Shown here: piece by piece, positions 31,239 through 41,163 of the stretch
How the letters are laid out: every line of letters starts with the position of its first letter
Numbering within the stretch: the stretch's first letter is position 1
NCBI GenBank assembly: GCA_012523075.1
Contig: JAAYJF010000112.1
Span: 1 to 62,406 of the forward strand
From: Clostridiales bacterium
GTDB lineage: Bacteria > Bacillota > Clostridia > Ch29
Direction: 5' to 3'
DNA: 62,406 nucleotides
Position numbers and translations under genes: made by a program
Notes under the pieces: generated by a model
Told to the model about the DNA's origin: nothing
What the model saw: only the letters and a program-made list of their open reading frames with translations
The model's database searches: none

Positions 31239-32969
31239 ATGCCAAACAGGGAACTGGAGGTAATACTAAACTCTACCCGCGATGCTATTGTTGCAGTGAA
31301 CAGGGATGGGATAATAACCATTTTTAACAAAGCCGCTGAAAGACTAATGGGGGTGAGATTTGAAGATGCGCTAGGCAAGCCGATTTTGGACGTGGTGGAT
31401 AACTCCCGGCTGTCCTATGTGCTGGAGACCGGCAAGGCGGAACTGAACAGGGAACAGCCCTTTTGCAACACAAGAATACTAACCAACTGTATGCCGGTAA
31501 GGGACGGGGCGGGAGACGTTATAGGTGCCGTGGAGGTGTCCAGCGATATTGGCGAGATAAAACAGCTGGCAGAGCAGATTACAAACCTCAAGGAGATACA
31601 AAGCATGCTTGAGGCTATTTTCCATTCCACCCAGGACGCCATATCGGTGGTGGACCAACACGGAATGGGGGTAATGGTAAATCCTGCCTATACGAGGCTT
31701 ACTGGGTTATCCGAAAAGGACGTGATAGGAAAGCCGGCCACGGTGGACATCGCCGAGGGAGAGAGCATCCATTTCAAGGTGCTGGAAACCAGAAAGCCTA
31801 TAAAAAGCGCTCGGCTTAAAGTGGGTCCCTCCAGGAAAGAGGTTATAGTGGATGCCGCCCCCATAGTGGTTGACGGGGAACTGCGGGGAAGCGTCGGAGT
31901 GATTCATGACATATCCGGGATAAAAAAACTCACCGAAGAACTCAATCAGGCCAAGCAGATAATAAGAAAACTTGAGGCAAAGTATACCTTTGACGATATT
32001 GTAAGTGTAAACCATAAAATGCAGCAGGTTATCGAAAAGGCCAAAAAAGCTGCCCAGACCCCGGCCACAGTGCTATTGCAGGGGGCGAGCGGAACCGGCA
32101 AGGAATTGTTTGCCCATGCGATACACAATGCCAGCGGGAGGAGGTTTGGCCAGTTTGTTCGGGTCAACTGCGCCGCGCTGTCAGAGTCCCTTCTGGAATC
32201 CGAATTGTTCGGCTACGAGGAGGGAGCATTCACCGGTGCAAAAAAGGGCGGTAAGAAGGGGCTTTTTGAGGTAGCCAGCGGCGGCACCATATTCCTTGAC
32301 GAGATAGGCGAAATTAATTCCGGGATTCAGGCAAAGCTGTTGCGGGTGCTCCATGAAAAGGAAATAATAAGGGTGGGAGGAACTAACGCAATCCCAGTGG
32401 ACGTGCGGATAATTTCAGCCACCAACATAGACCTGGAAGAGGCCATGCAGCAGGGAAGGTTTAGGGAGGACCTGTATTATCGTCTCAACGTTATCCCGCT
32501 AAGAATCCCCCCCTTAAGGGACAGAAAAGAAGACATATATCATCTGGCCATGCATATAGTAAGACGGTTTAACCAGGACTACGGTAGAAGCATACAGGAT
32601 ATATCCGCCGGTGTGCAGAAAAGGCTCTTGGAATATGAATGGCCGGGCAATATAAGGGAACTTGAGAACTTCATAGGCCGTGCCATAATCAATATGAAGT
32701 TTAACGATACGGTAATCCTTGAGGAGCATCTTCCACGGATTAATGAAAAGGCAGTAGGCGCGCCGGATGTGGAGGGGAAAGCGTATACCCCGGACTTTGT
32801 GGACGCTTCGGTGCCGCTTAATAAAGTTCTGGACGATACCGAAAAGGAATATATAAAGAAAGTACTGCATCAAGTAGGGTATAACAAGACCGAGGCAGCA
32901 AGAAGGATGGGCATATCCATTAGAAACCTATATTACAAGCTGAAAAAATACCGTATTGACATGCAATAA
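31239..32969 (+). CDS. sigma-54-dependent transcriptional activator (PAS-PAS-AAA+-HTH)
   Basis: GASGTGKE Walker A, GAFTGA loop, and a C-terminal Fis-type HTH (TEAARRMGISIRNLYYKLKKY). ATG 31239 follows a G-rich RBS. Confidence 0.92.
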   Translation: MPNRELEVILNSTRDAIVAVNRDGIITIFNKAAERLMGVRFEDALGKPILDVVDNSRLSYVLETGKAELNREQPFCNTRILTNCMPVRDGAGDVIGAVEVSSDIGEIKQLAEQITNLKEIQSMLEAIFHSTQDAISVVDQHGMGVMVNPAYTRLTGLSEKDVIGKPATVDIAEGESIHFKVLETRKPIKSARLKVGPSRKEVIVDAAPIVVDGELRGSVGVIHDISGIKKLTEELNQAKQIIRKLEAKYTFDDIVSVNHKMQQVIEKAKKAAQTPATVLLQGASGTGKELFAHAIHNASGRRFGQFVRVNCAALSESLLESELFGYEEGAFTGAKKGGKKGLFEVASGGTIFLDEIGEINSGIQAKLLRVLHEKEIIRVGGTNAIPVDVRIISATNIDLEEAMQQGRFREDLYYRLNVIPLRIPPLRDRKEDIYHLAMHIVRRFNQDYGRSIQDISAGVQKRLLEYEWPGNIRELENFIGRAIINMKFNDTVILEEHLPRINEKAVGAPDVEGKAYTPDFVDASVPLNKVLDDTEKEYIKKVLHQVGYNKTEAARRMGISIRNLYYKLKKYRIDMQ

Positions 32970-33019
32970 CCTGCATAAGGGCCTGCGTTTTTGCAAAATA
33001 ATGCATGCAATATATTGCA
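32962..33019 (+). promoter_or_regulatory. three TGCA-N6-TGCA palindromes, candidate enhancer (UAS) sites
   Basis: tgcaataacctgca (32962-75), tgcaaaataatgca (32992-33005) and the perfect palindrome tgcaatatattgca (33006-19), about 155-210 bp upstream of the -24/-12 element. Confidence 0.45.
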
Positions 33020-33030
33020 ATATTTTAGCA

Positions 33031-33077
33031 CGACGGTGGCGTTATGAAGGACTATGACGCCGTCGCTGCTTTTTTTT
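33031..33077 (+). terminator. terminator after the sigma-54 activator gene
   Basis: CGACGGTG...CGCCGTCG stem followed by a T8 run. Confidence 0.6.
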
Positions 33078-33171
33078 GGCTTTTTCTTATGCCGGAAGCT
33101 TCACTGCCCAGGGGGTTAAACCTGTCGATAAATGCAAATAACGCCAAATAATATAAAGAAACTGGAATAAT

Positions 33172-33186
33172 TGGCATGATATTTGC
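33172..33186 (+). promoter_or_regulatory. sigma-54 (-24/-12) promoter
   Basis: TGGCAT-gatat-TTGC with canonical GG/GC spacing, 39 nt upstream of the buk ATG. Confidence 0.85.
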
Positions 33187-33224
33187 GATTATAAATTAGG
33201 AAAGAACTAAAAAGGAGGGAAAGG

Positions 33225-34319
33225 ATGAAAAAGGAAGATTATGTTCTGGTCATAAACCCCGGTTCAACTTCCACCAAGGTAGCGATTTTTGAGAATAATC
33301 GGAACGTGCTTCAAAAGAATCTTTCCCACTCGGTGGAAGAATTAGACAAGCTGGGAAGGGTAGCTAACCAGTACCAATACAGGCTTGGAATAATTCTTGA
33401 CTGGCTTAAGGAACAAGGTATACACCTTAAATCCCTGGTTGCAGTGTCCGGGAGGGGAGGCTTGCTGGCACCGATGTCCGGCGGAACCTACGGTGTTACT
33501 CAAAGCATGATTGACGACCTAAAAAAAGCGACGAGAGGAGAGCACGCTTCAAACCTGGGAGCTATGCTGGCAAAGGGGATAGCAGATAGGGCAGGAGTGC
33601 CCGCCTTTATTACCGACCCGGTTTCGGTGGACGAGTTCGAGGATGTTGCAAGAATTTCAGGCTTGCCGGAACTGCCAAGGAGGACCCTTGGTCATGCACT
33701 TAACATAAAAGCGGTCGCTCACAGGGTTGCCAAGGAAGAAGGTAAACCCCTCAATGACTTGAGGCTTATAATGGTTCATCTGGGCGGTGGGATATCAATA
33801 TCACCGCTTAAGGATGGGAGAATCATTGATATAAACGGTGCAAACGACTACGGACCTTTTTCGCCGGAGCGGGCAGGCGGCATGCCGACGTTAGCTGTTA
33901 TTAAGATGGCTTATTCGGGTAAATATACCGAGCAGGAACTGAAGAAAAAATTAATAGGCAAAGCGGGTCTTGCCGGTTACTTGGGGACCAACGATGCCAG
34001 GGAAGTTGAAAGGATGATAGAACAGGGCGACGAAAGAGCACGGTTTATTCTAAAAGCAATGGCGTACCAGATCGCAAAGGAGATAGGGGCTATGGCGACG
34101 GTTTTGAAAGGAAAGGTTGACTATATAGTTTTAACCGGCGGCCTTGCCCATTCAAAAAGGCTGGTTGATGACATTATCGCTATGACAGCCTTTATCGCAC
34201 CCGTAAAGGTACACCCCGGGGAAGACGAGATGCGCTCCCTTGCCGAAGGGGTTTACAGGGTGATATCGGGAGAACAGCAGGCGAAGGTTTATGAAGAAGA
34301 GGTGAAGGAGCTTGATTAG
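33225..34319 (+). CDS. buk: butyrate (branched-chain acyl) kinase
   Basis: [14 protein letters not shown]... acetate/butyrate kinase fold. Confidence 0.92.
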   Translation: MKKEDYVLVINPGSTSTKVAIFENNRNVLQKNLSHSVEELDKLGRVANQYQYRLGIILDWLKEQGIHLKSLVAVSGRGGLLAPMSGGTYGVTQSMIDDLKKATRGEHASNLGAMLAKGIADRAGVPAFITDPVSVDEFEDVARISGLPELPRRTLGHALNIKAVAHRVAKEEGKPLNDLRLIMVHLGGGISISPLKDGRIIDINGANDYGPFSPERAGGMPTLAVIKMAYSGKYTEQELKKKLIGKAGLAGYLGTNDAREVERMIEQGDERARFILKAMAYQIAKEIGAMATVLKGKVDYIVLTGGLAHSKRLVDDIIAMTAFIAPVKVHPGEDEMRSLAEGVYRVISGEQQAKVYEEEVKELD

Positions 34320-35211
34320 GACCTTTGATGAAATAATTAAGGTGGCAAGGGAAAGAGGCCCCAGCACCATTGCCGTGGCTGTGGCCCAGGACGTAGGGGT
34401 GCTGTCCGCCGTCAGCCAGGCCAAGGCAAAGGGAATAGCAGAGGCGATACTTGTCGGAGACGCACAGGAAATACAAAGAATAGCTTTGCAGCAGGATATA
34501 AGTATCGACGGATTGGAAATAATAGATGAGCCCGACAAGGCAGGGGCCTGCGGCAAAGCAGTGGAGCTGGTAAGTGCGGGCAGAGCGGATATCGTTATGA
34601 AGGGCATAATAGACACATCGGTTATACTAAAGGCTGTACTTTCGGACCAATGCCTCAGGGGCGGCAACATTTTAAGCCATATAGCGGTAACGGAAGTAAA
34701 GGGCTACGACAGATTGTTTGTATTCAGCGACCCGGGCATGAACATAGCCCCCGACCTTTCACAGAAGGTGCAGATAATAGAAAACGCAGTGGGACTGGCC
34801 AGGGCTTTAGACTATGATAATCCAAAGGTAGCGGTTGTTTGCGCCGTTGAAAAGGTAAACCCGAAAATGCCAGCGACACTGGATGCGGAGGAACTGGTTA
34901 AAATGAACCAGCAGGGTCGTATCAGCGGCTGCGTTGTGGGAGGACCCTTTGCGCTGGACAACGCGGTGTCGGTGGAGGCGGCAAGGCATAAGGGAATAGA
35001 CCATCCCGTTGCGGGTAACGCGGACATATTAATAATGCCGGATATCGAAGCGGGTAATATTCTGTACAAGTCACTGGTATACTTTGCCGGGGCAAAATGT
35101 GCCGGCCTGGTGGTGGGGGCAAAGATTCCTATAGTGGTTACCTCAAGGGCCGACAACGAGGAGGACAAATTAAACTCCATCGCTCTCGCGGTTTTGCTGG
35201 CAAATAGATAA
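34312..35211 (+). CDS. ptb: phosphate butyryltransferase
   Basis: PTA_PTB family translation; TTG start overlapping the end of buk. Confidence 0.88.
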   Translation: MIRTFDEIIKVARERGPSTIAVAVAQDVGVLSAVSQAKAKGIAEAILVGDAQEIQRIALQQDISIDGLEIIDEPDKAGACGKAVELVSAGRADIVMKGIIDTSVILKAVLSDQCLRGGNILSHIAVTEVKGYDRLFVFSDPGMNIAPDLSQKVQIIENAVGLARALDYDNPKVAVVCAVEKVNPKMPATLDAEELVKMNQQGRISGCVVGGPFALDNAVSVEAARHKGIDHPVAGNADILIMPDIEAGNILYKSLVYFAGAKCAGLVVGAKIPIVVTSRADNEEDKLNSIALAVLLANR

Positions 35212-35230
35212 TAGAATACGGGGTGAGAAG

Positions 35231-36307
35231 ATGAAGGATATATTCAGACTGCTTGTAATAAATCCAGGGTCTACTTCGACCAAAATTGCAATATTCGACA
35301 ATGAAAAGCCTGTTTTTGAGGAAGTTATAAGGCACTCTTCCGAAGAGTTGGCGCCCTATCCTACCATATTCAGCCAGTATCAGTTCAGGAAGGATATAAT
35401 ACTGGAAACCCTGAGTAAAAGGGATATAAATCTTACGAAACTAAGCGCTGTTGTGGGCAGGGGGGGCCTTCTGCATCCCATTCCCAGCGGTACCTATGAG
35501 GTAAATGAGAAGATGATTGAGGACCTGAGGATGGGCCTTTTTGGTCAGCATGCGTCGAGTCTGGGGGGGGTACTGGCAAGGGAGATTGCTTCGCAGCTCA
35601 ACATCCCCTCCTATATAGTGGACCCGGTGGTGGTGGACGAGATGGAGGATATAGCCAGGATATCGGGGCTACCTGAGATAGAAAGAATAACAATATTTCA
35701 TGCGCTGAACCAGAAGGCTGTTGCCAGGAGAGCCGCCAAGGACCTTGAAAAAGCCTATGAGCATCTCAACCTTATAGTAGCCCATATTGGCGGCGGTATA
35801 TCGGTAGGGGCCCATAAAAAAGGAAGGGTTGTGGACGTAAACAATGCGCTGAACGGCGACGGACCCTTCTCACCCGAGAGGGCGGGAAGCCTGCCGGTGG
35901 AGGGTCTCATTGGGCTTTGTTATTCCGGACGCTATACGCTGGAAGAGATGAAGATGAAGATCGTCGGAAAGGGAGGCCTGGTTGCCCATTTAAAGACCAA
36001 CGATGCCAGAGAAGTGGAAAGGATGATAGAAGCGGGCGACAATCATGCTGAGCTTGTGTACCGGGCTATGGCATACCAGATTGCCAAGGAGATAGGAAGC
36101 TGCGCAGCCGTACTTGAGGGCAAGGTGGACGCAATCCTTCTAACCGGAGGCATCGCTCACAGCAAGATGCTGACCGGTTGGGTAATAGAAAGGGTTGAAT
36201 TCATCGCCCCGGTTCTTGTTTACCCAGGCGAAGACGAAATGATGGCCCTCGCTGAAGGGGGCTTAAGGGTATTAAGGGGCGAAGAAAGGGCCAAACAATA
36301 CGAATAA
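35231..36307 (+). CDS. buk: butyrate kinase, second paralog
   Basis: [14 protein letters not shown]...; paralogous to the 33225 gene along its full length. Confidence 0.92.
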   Translation: MKDIFRLLVINPGSTSTKIAIFDNEKPVFEEVIRHSSEELAPYPTIFSQYQFRKDIILETLSKRDINLTKLSAVVGRGGLLHPIPSGTYEVNEKMIEDLRMGLFGQHASSLGGVLAREIASQLNIPSYIVDPVVVDEMEDIARISGLPEIERITIFHALNQKAVARRAAKDLEKAYEHLNLIVAHIGGGISVGAHKKGRVVDVNNALNGDGPFSPERAGSLPVEGLIGLCYSGRYTLEEMKMKIVGKGGLVAHLKTNDAREVERMIEAGDNHAELVYRAMAYQIAKEIGSCAAVLEGKVDAILLTGGIAHSKMLTGWVIERVEFIAPVLVYPGEDEMMALAEGGLRVLRGEERAKQYE

Positions 36308-36321
36308 AGGACTGGTAGCCC

Positions 36322-36993
36322 ATGCAGCAGGATAAAAGGATTAGAATTGTAACCGGCCATTACGGGAGTGGTAAGACAGAGTTTTCGGTAAACTATGTGA
36401 TAAGGCTTGCAGAAGCGGGCAAAAAGGCCGCCATTGCGGACCTTGACATTGTAAACCCCTACTTTCGCTCCCGGGAGGAAAAGGGTCGAATGGAGAGAAT
36501 CGGGATACGGGTGGTGGCACCGGAGGGCAAATTCATAAACGCCGACGTGCCGGCTCTGCCTGCGGATATTTACACTCTTTTGCAGGACCAAAGCTACCAG
36601 GTGGTGCTGGACGTAGGGGGCGACGCGGCAGGGGCCAGAGCCCTAGGACGGTATTATAACTACCTTAAAGATGCCGACTACGATATGTTCATAGTGATAA
36701 ACGCCAACCGACCCAATACCGGTAGCCCCCGGGCGGTGATTGAATATATTGATGAAATTGAAAGGGCGGCCCGGATTCGCGCTACCGGCCTTGTAAACAA
36801 CACCCATATGCTGCGCGACACAACGCTCGAGGATGTGCTTAGGGGACAGCGGGTGGCAGAAGAGGTCTCCCGGCAAATAAATGTGCCGGTGAAATATATA
36901 TGTGCCATTGAAAGGATAGCCGGACAAATTCCGGAGGGTTTAATGGGTGAGGTTTTTCCTGTCAGTATGTATATGCGACCTGATTGGTTGTAA
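36322..36993 (+). CDS. uncharacterised P-loop NTPase (MinD/CooC-like, SIMIBI class)
   Basis: Walker A GHYGSGKT at the N-terminus and DVGGD (Walker B-like); no TM segment. Confidence 0.7.
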   Translation: MQQDKRIRIVTGHYGSGKTEFSVNYVIRLAEAGKKAAIADLDIVNPYFRSREEKGRMERIGIRVVAPEGKFINADVPALPADIYTLLQDQSYQVVLDVGGDAAGARALGRYYNYLKDADYDMFIVINANRPNTGSPRAVIEYIDEIERAARIRATGLVNNTHMLRDTTLEDVLRGQRVAEEVSRQINVPVKYICAIERIAGQIPEGLMGEVFPVSMYMRPDWL

Positions 36994-37020
36994 TTTAAGC
37001 GAAAAAAAGGAGGGTTGTTC

Positions 37021-37254
37021 ATGGCAAAGGTAAGAGGGAAGGTTACATTCAAGGAGCATCTCTGCAAGGGATGTGAGCTCTGCACCACTGTTTGCCCGGT
37101 AGACATAGTCAAGATGGCGAAGGACAGGATAAACACTAAAGGGTACCACCCCGCAACCGTCGATGAAATGGAAAAGTGTATAGCCTGCGGGAACTGTGCT
37201 ACAATCTGCCCGGACACCGTTATTCAGGTTGAGAGGTTAAGGGACAATGATTAG
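37021..37254 (+). CDS. 2x[4Fe-4S] ferredoxin, delta subunit of 2-oxoacid:ferredoxin oxidoreductase
   Basis: CKGCELCTTVCP and CIACGNCATICP motifs. Confidence 0.9.
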   Translation: MAKVRGKVTFKEHLCKGCELCTTVCPVDIVKMAKDRINTKGYHPATVDEMEKCIACGNCATICPDTVIQVERLRDND

Positions 37255-37296
37255 TTTATCTGTGGAAGCAAGCTCAAAAAAGAGGAGGGAAATTCT

Positions 37297-38358
37297 ATGG
37301 CAAAGGTTTTAATGAAGGGAAATGAAGCAATCGGCGCCGCTGCAATAAAGGCCGGCTGCAAATTTTTCTTCGGTTATCCGATTACACCTCAAAGCGAACT
37401 ACCCGAATACATGGCCAGGGAAATGCCGAAGGCGGGAGCGACCTTCCTGCAGGCCGAGAGCGAAGTAGCCGCAATAAACATGGTATACGGCGCTGCAGGG
37501 GCAGGGGCAAGGGTAATGACCTCATCCTCCAGCCCCGGTATAAGTCTCAAACAGGAGGGGATATCCTATATAGCAGGGGCGGAACTGCCCTGTGTTATAG
37601 TGAATATTATAAGAGGCGGCCCCGGCCTGGGTGGAATACAGCCGGCCCAGTCGGACTATTTCCAGGCCACCAAGGGCGGCGGCCATGGCGATTACAAGAT
37701 GGTGGTGCTGGCCCCTGCATCGGTGCAGGAACTCACCGACCTGATGATGGAAGGCTTTGACATCGCCGACCAGTACAGGAACCCCGTCATGATTATAGGG
37801 GACGGTATGCTGGGACAGATGATGGAACCGGTGGAGCTGCGGGAGCCAAAAAAACGCGACCTCAAGCCCAAGGACTGGGCAACCACCGGTACCGGTGGAA
37901 GAGGACACACCAACGTTATCAATTCATTGTTTATAGACCCCGCCGAGTGCGAGAAGCACAACTTGAAGCTGAAGGCAAAATTCGATGAAATGGAAAAGAA
38001 CGAGAAAAAATATGAGATATTCAACTGTGAAAATCCGGATATTATAGCCGTTGCTTACGGTACCACCGCAAGGATTGTAAAAACCGTTATAGACAAGTGC
38101 AAGGAAGAGGGCATAAACGTAGGCCTTATAAGACCCATATCGCTGTGGCCCTTCCCCTATGAAGTGTTTGAAGAGTATGCCGACAAGACCAAGGCATTCC
38201 TTTCGGTGGAAATGAGCATGGGTCAGATGGTGGAGGATGTAAAGCTTGGTGTTAACGGTAAGAAACCGGTACATTTCTACGGAAGAACCGGCGGAATGGT
38301 GCCGGTACCGGACGATATTATTGCCGAGATAAAGAACATATTAGGGGGTGCTAAATAA
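37297..38358 (+). CDS. 2-oxoacid:ferredoxin oxidoreductase alpha subunit
   Basis: POR/KOR/VOR alpha-type translation. Confidence 0.9.
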   Translation: MAKVLMKGNEAIGAAAIKAGCKFFFGYPITPQSELPEYMAREMPKAGATFLQAESEVAAINMVYGAAGAGARVMTSSSSPGISLKQEGISYIAGAELPCVIVNIIRGGPGLGGIQPAQSDYFQATKGGGHGDYKMVVLAPASVQELTDLMMEGFDIADQYRNPVMIIGDGMLGQMMEPVELREPKKRDLKPKDWATTGTGGRGHTNVINSLFIDPAECEKHNLKLKAKFDEMEKNEKKYEIFNCENPDIIAVAYGTTARIVKTVIDKCKEEGINVGLIRPISLWPFPYEVFEEYADKTKAFLSVEMSMGQMVEDVKLGVNGKKPVHFYGRTGGMVPVPDDIIAEIKNILGGAK

Positions 38359-39107
38359 TGGCCGAAATGGTATTCCAAAGGACGAAAGGTTTGCAGGACA
38401 GGCCCTTTCATTACTGTCCGGGCTGCACCCACGGCATAATCCACCGACTGGTTGCCGAGGCCCTTGTGGAACTGGATGTTCTGGACAAGGCGATTGGTGT
38501 TGCGCCGGTGGGATGCTCGGTGTTTGCTTACGACTATTTCAACTGCGACATGCAGGAGGCTGCCCACGGCAGGGCACCTGCCGTTGCCACCGGTATAAAG
38601 AGAGTACATCCCGACAAAGTGGTATTTTCTTATCAGGGTGACGGTGATTTAGCTTCTATAGGTACCGCCGAAATAGTACACGCAGCCATGAGGGGCGAAA
38701 AGATAACCACCATATTCGTAAACAACGCCATATACGGGATGACTGGAGGCCAGATGGCGCCGACCACGCTGGTGGGCCAGAAGGCCACCACTTCGCCCTT
38801 TGGCAGGGATAAGGACCATGCCGGCTCACCCATAAGGATAAGCGAAATGCTGGCCACGTTGGACGGACCCGCCTATATAGAAAGGGTTACCGTAACCACG
38901 CCGGCCCATGTAAGGAAAGCCAAGAGGGCGATAAAGAAAGCCTTTCAGACGCAGATAGAGGGCAAAGGGTTTACCATGGTAGAGGTCCTGTCCACCTGTC
39001 CAACAAACTGGGGACTTACTCCCGTTGAGGCACTCCGGTGGCTGGAAGAAAACATGATACCCTATTATCCGCTGGGGGTTTATAAAGCTCCCGAGGAGGT
39101 GAAATAG
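38358..39107 (+). CDS. 2-oxoacid:ferredoxin oxidoreductase beta (TPP-binding) subunit
   Basis: CPGC...GDGD TPP motif. Confidence 0.9.
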   Translation: MAEMVFQRTKGLQDRPFHYCPGCTHGIIHRLVAEALVELDVLDKAIGVAPVGCSVFAYDYFNCDMQEAAHGRAPAVATGIKRVHPDKVVFSYQGDGDLASIGTAEIVHAAMRGEKITTIFVNNAIYGMTGGQMAPTTLVGQKATTSPFGRDKDHAGSPIRISEMLATLDGPAYIERVTVTTPAHVRKAKRAIKKAFQTQIEGKGFTMVEVLSTCPTNWGLTPVEALRWLEENMIPYYPLGVYKAPEEVK

Positions 39108-39110
39108 GAT

Positions 39111-39665
39111 ATGATAAACGAGAGAATAATAATGGCCGGGTTTGGCGGCCAGGGCGTAATGTCCATGGGCCAACTGCTTACTTATGCCGGTATGATTGAG
39201 GGAAAGAACGTATCCTGGCTACCGTCCTACGGACCGGAGATGAGGGGTGGTACCGCCAATTGTAATGTAATCATATCCGACAGTCCGGTGGCTTCCCCGA
39301 TAGTAACGGATGCTACCGCGGTAATAGCAATGAACAGGCCGTCCCTTGACAAGTTCGAGCCTTCTATCATAGAGAAAGGGCTGCTCCTAATAAACAGTTC
39401 GCTTATAGACAGAAGCGCCGAAAGGGATGACATAATAGCCTACGACATACCCGCCAACGATATAGCCAACGAGCTGGGCAACAGCAGGATAGCCAACATG
39501 GTTATGCTGGGGGCGTATCTAGAGGCCACCGGCGCCCTTAAAAAGGAAAGTGTAATAGAGGCCTTAAAGAAGGTCTTTGGCGAGAGAAAAGCGCATCTTA
39601 TACCGATTAACGAAGATGCCCTGGATAGGGGTGCTCAGCTGGTAAAGGGAAGCAGCTGCGGCTGA
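39111..39665 (+). CDS. 2-oxoacid:ferredoxin oxidoreductase gamma subunit
   Basis: GFGGQGV motif. Confidence 0.9.
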   Translation: MINERIIMAGFGGQGVMSMGQLLTYAGMIEGKNVSWLPSYGPEMRGGTANCNVIISDSPVASPIVTDATAVIAMNRPSLDKFEPSIIEKGLLLINSSLIDRSAERDDIIAYDIPANDIANELGNSRIANMVMLGAYLEATGALKKESVIEALKKVFGERKAHLIPINEDALDRGAQLVKGSSCG

Positions 39666-39694
39666 TAGAGAATAAACCCGTCAGTTTTGCCGGA

Positions 39695-39737
39695 CAAAAA
39701 AAGGAGTAGCCCCAAATTGGTGGGCTACTCTTTTTTT
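39695..39737. terminator. bidirectional terminator
   Basis: A8 run - GAGTAGCCC...GGGCTACTC - T7 run, between convergent genes. Confidence 0.85.
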
Positions 39738-41163
39738 AACTCAGCTTGAAAGCCTTGGCTGGATCTACTTTGACGTCCCTCGGGTAATAGGATCCCGTCT
39801 GCTGCGAAAAAGCATATCTCTTGGCCAGCTCCCCCGACCGGGCCATATTTTTTATCTGCCCGAGGCATTCTATAAACCGGTCTATATCTTTCCGATTGTT
39901 GTAAGCCGCAAGGCTTATCCTTACCATGCCCGGGATACCGCTTAAGTCGCCGGTTCTTTTCTTATGTATAAGCCGGGAAAGCTGGTGCTGGTCAAGGCCT
40001 AAGAGACGCAGCATATAGGGCTGGGCGCAAAAACAACCGTTTCTCACCGCGATACCGCCCTCCCAAGCAAGGGCCGCTGCTACCAGGCTGTGGGGTACTC
40101 CGTCCAGGTTAAAAGCAATAACCCCCACCCTGTTCTCGGTCCGATTTGGATCGGTTTCGCCGTAAATTTTAAGCCCTTTAATCTCACCCAGCCTTTTTAG
40201 TGTATAGGAAGTAAGGCCCTTTTCATATTTCTCGATATTGTCCATACAGCACCTTTCCAGGTACTCTATAGCCGCCGCCAGGGCTACCGCCCCCACCACG
40301 TTGGGCGAACCCGCCTCTTCCCTGTCCGGGATTCCGGCCCATTCCACCAATTGGTGGGTTACTATGTTTACCGTTCCGCCACCGGTGTATTCGGGGGCAC
40401 CCCTTAAGAAAGCCTTTTTTGGCCCTATAAGCACCCCCGTCCCGAAGGGAGCGTACATTTTATGGGCCGAAAACACCAGGTAATCTATATGCTCCGGGTG
40501 GCCATCGGGTTTTATGTCCAGCGGCGAATGGGGAATAAGCTGGGCCCCGTCTACCAGTATTGGGACCCCCGCCCGGTGCGCCATGGTGGCAATCCTTGCC
40601 ACATCGCATTTATAGCCGGTTACGTTGGAGGCACCGGATACGCTGATAAGCTTAAGCCGGCTGCCGTGTAAAGCTATCTTGGCCTCCAGGTCTTTATAAT
40701 CAAGGGCACCCTTTTCATCGACAGCGGCGTATACCGTGCCCGCCTTCAAGCGCCATGGCAGGTCATTGGAATGGTGCTCCATCATTGTTGTTATTACAAC
40801 ATCCCCCCGAGTAAAACCCAGCCGGTAGGACAGTTTGTTGATCGCTTCGGTGGCATTTTTCACAAATACTATTCCGTTGGTTTTGAGGTCGGCGTTGACT
40901 AAACCGCCGACAATTTCATGGGCCCTGTCGTATACATGGGTGGAAACTAACGACTTGAAACCGGCGCCCCTATGCACGCTAGAATACCAGTCCATGAATT
41001 CGTTTACCTTGTGCAATACTGGCCTCAGCACCGGTGTACTGGCGGCATTATCGAGGTTCACATAGGTTTTATATCCTCCTCCGGCGAGGGGTACCCTTTT
41101 GTTTATGCCCACTATATCCCTGCGGAATCTTGCCTGGTTAAACCCATTTTTCGAATAAAGCAT
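39736..41163 (-). CDS. class V aminotransferase-fold PLP enzyme (cysteine desulfurase / SufS-CsdA-like)
   Basis: SAHKMYAPFGTG PLP-lysine region. ATG 41163 follows AGGGGGAG. Confidence 0.8.
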   Translation of the reverse strand: MLYSKNGFNQARFRRDIVGINKRVPLAGGGYKTYVNLDNAASTPVLRPVLHKVNEFMDWYSSVHRGAGFKSLVSTHVYDRAHEIVGGLVNADLKTNGIVFVKNATEAINKLSYRLGFTRGDVVITTMMEHHSNDLPWRLKAGTVYAAVDEKGALDYKDLEAKIALHGSRLKLISVSGASNVTGYKCDVARIATMAHRAGVPILVDGAQLIPHSPLDIKPDGHPEHIDYLVFSAHKMYAPFGTGVLIGPKKAFLRGAPEYTGGGTVNIVTHQLVEWAGIPDREEAGSPNVVGAVALAAAIEYLERCCMDNIEKYEKGLTSYTLKRLGEIKGLKIYGETDPNRTENRVGVIAFNLDGVPHSLVAAALAWEGGIAVRNGCFCAQPYMLRLLGLDQHQLSRLIHKKRTGDLSGIPGMVRISLAAYNNRKDIDRFIECLGQIKNMARSGELAKRYAFSQQTGSYYPRDVKVDPAKAFKLS

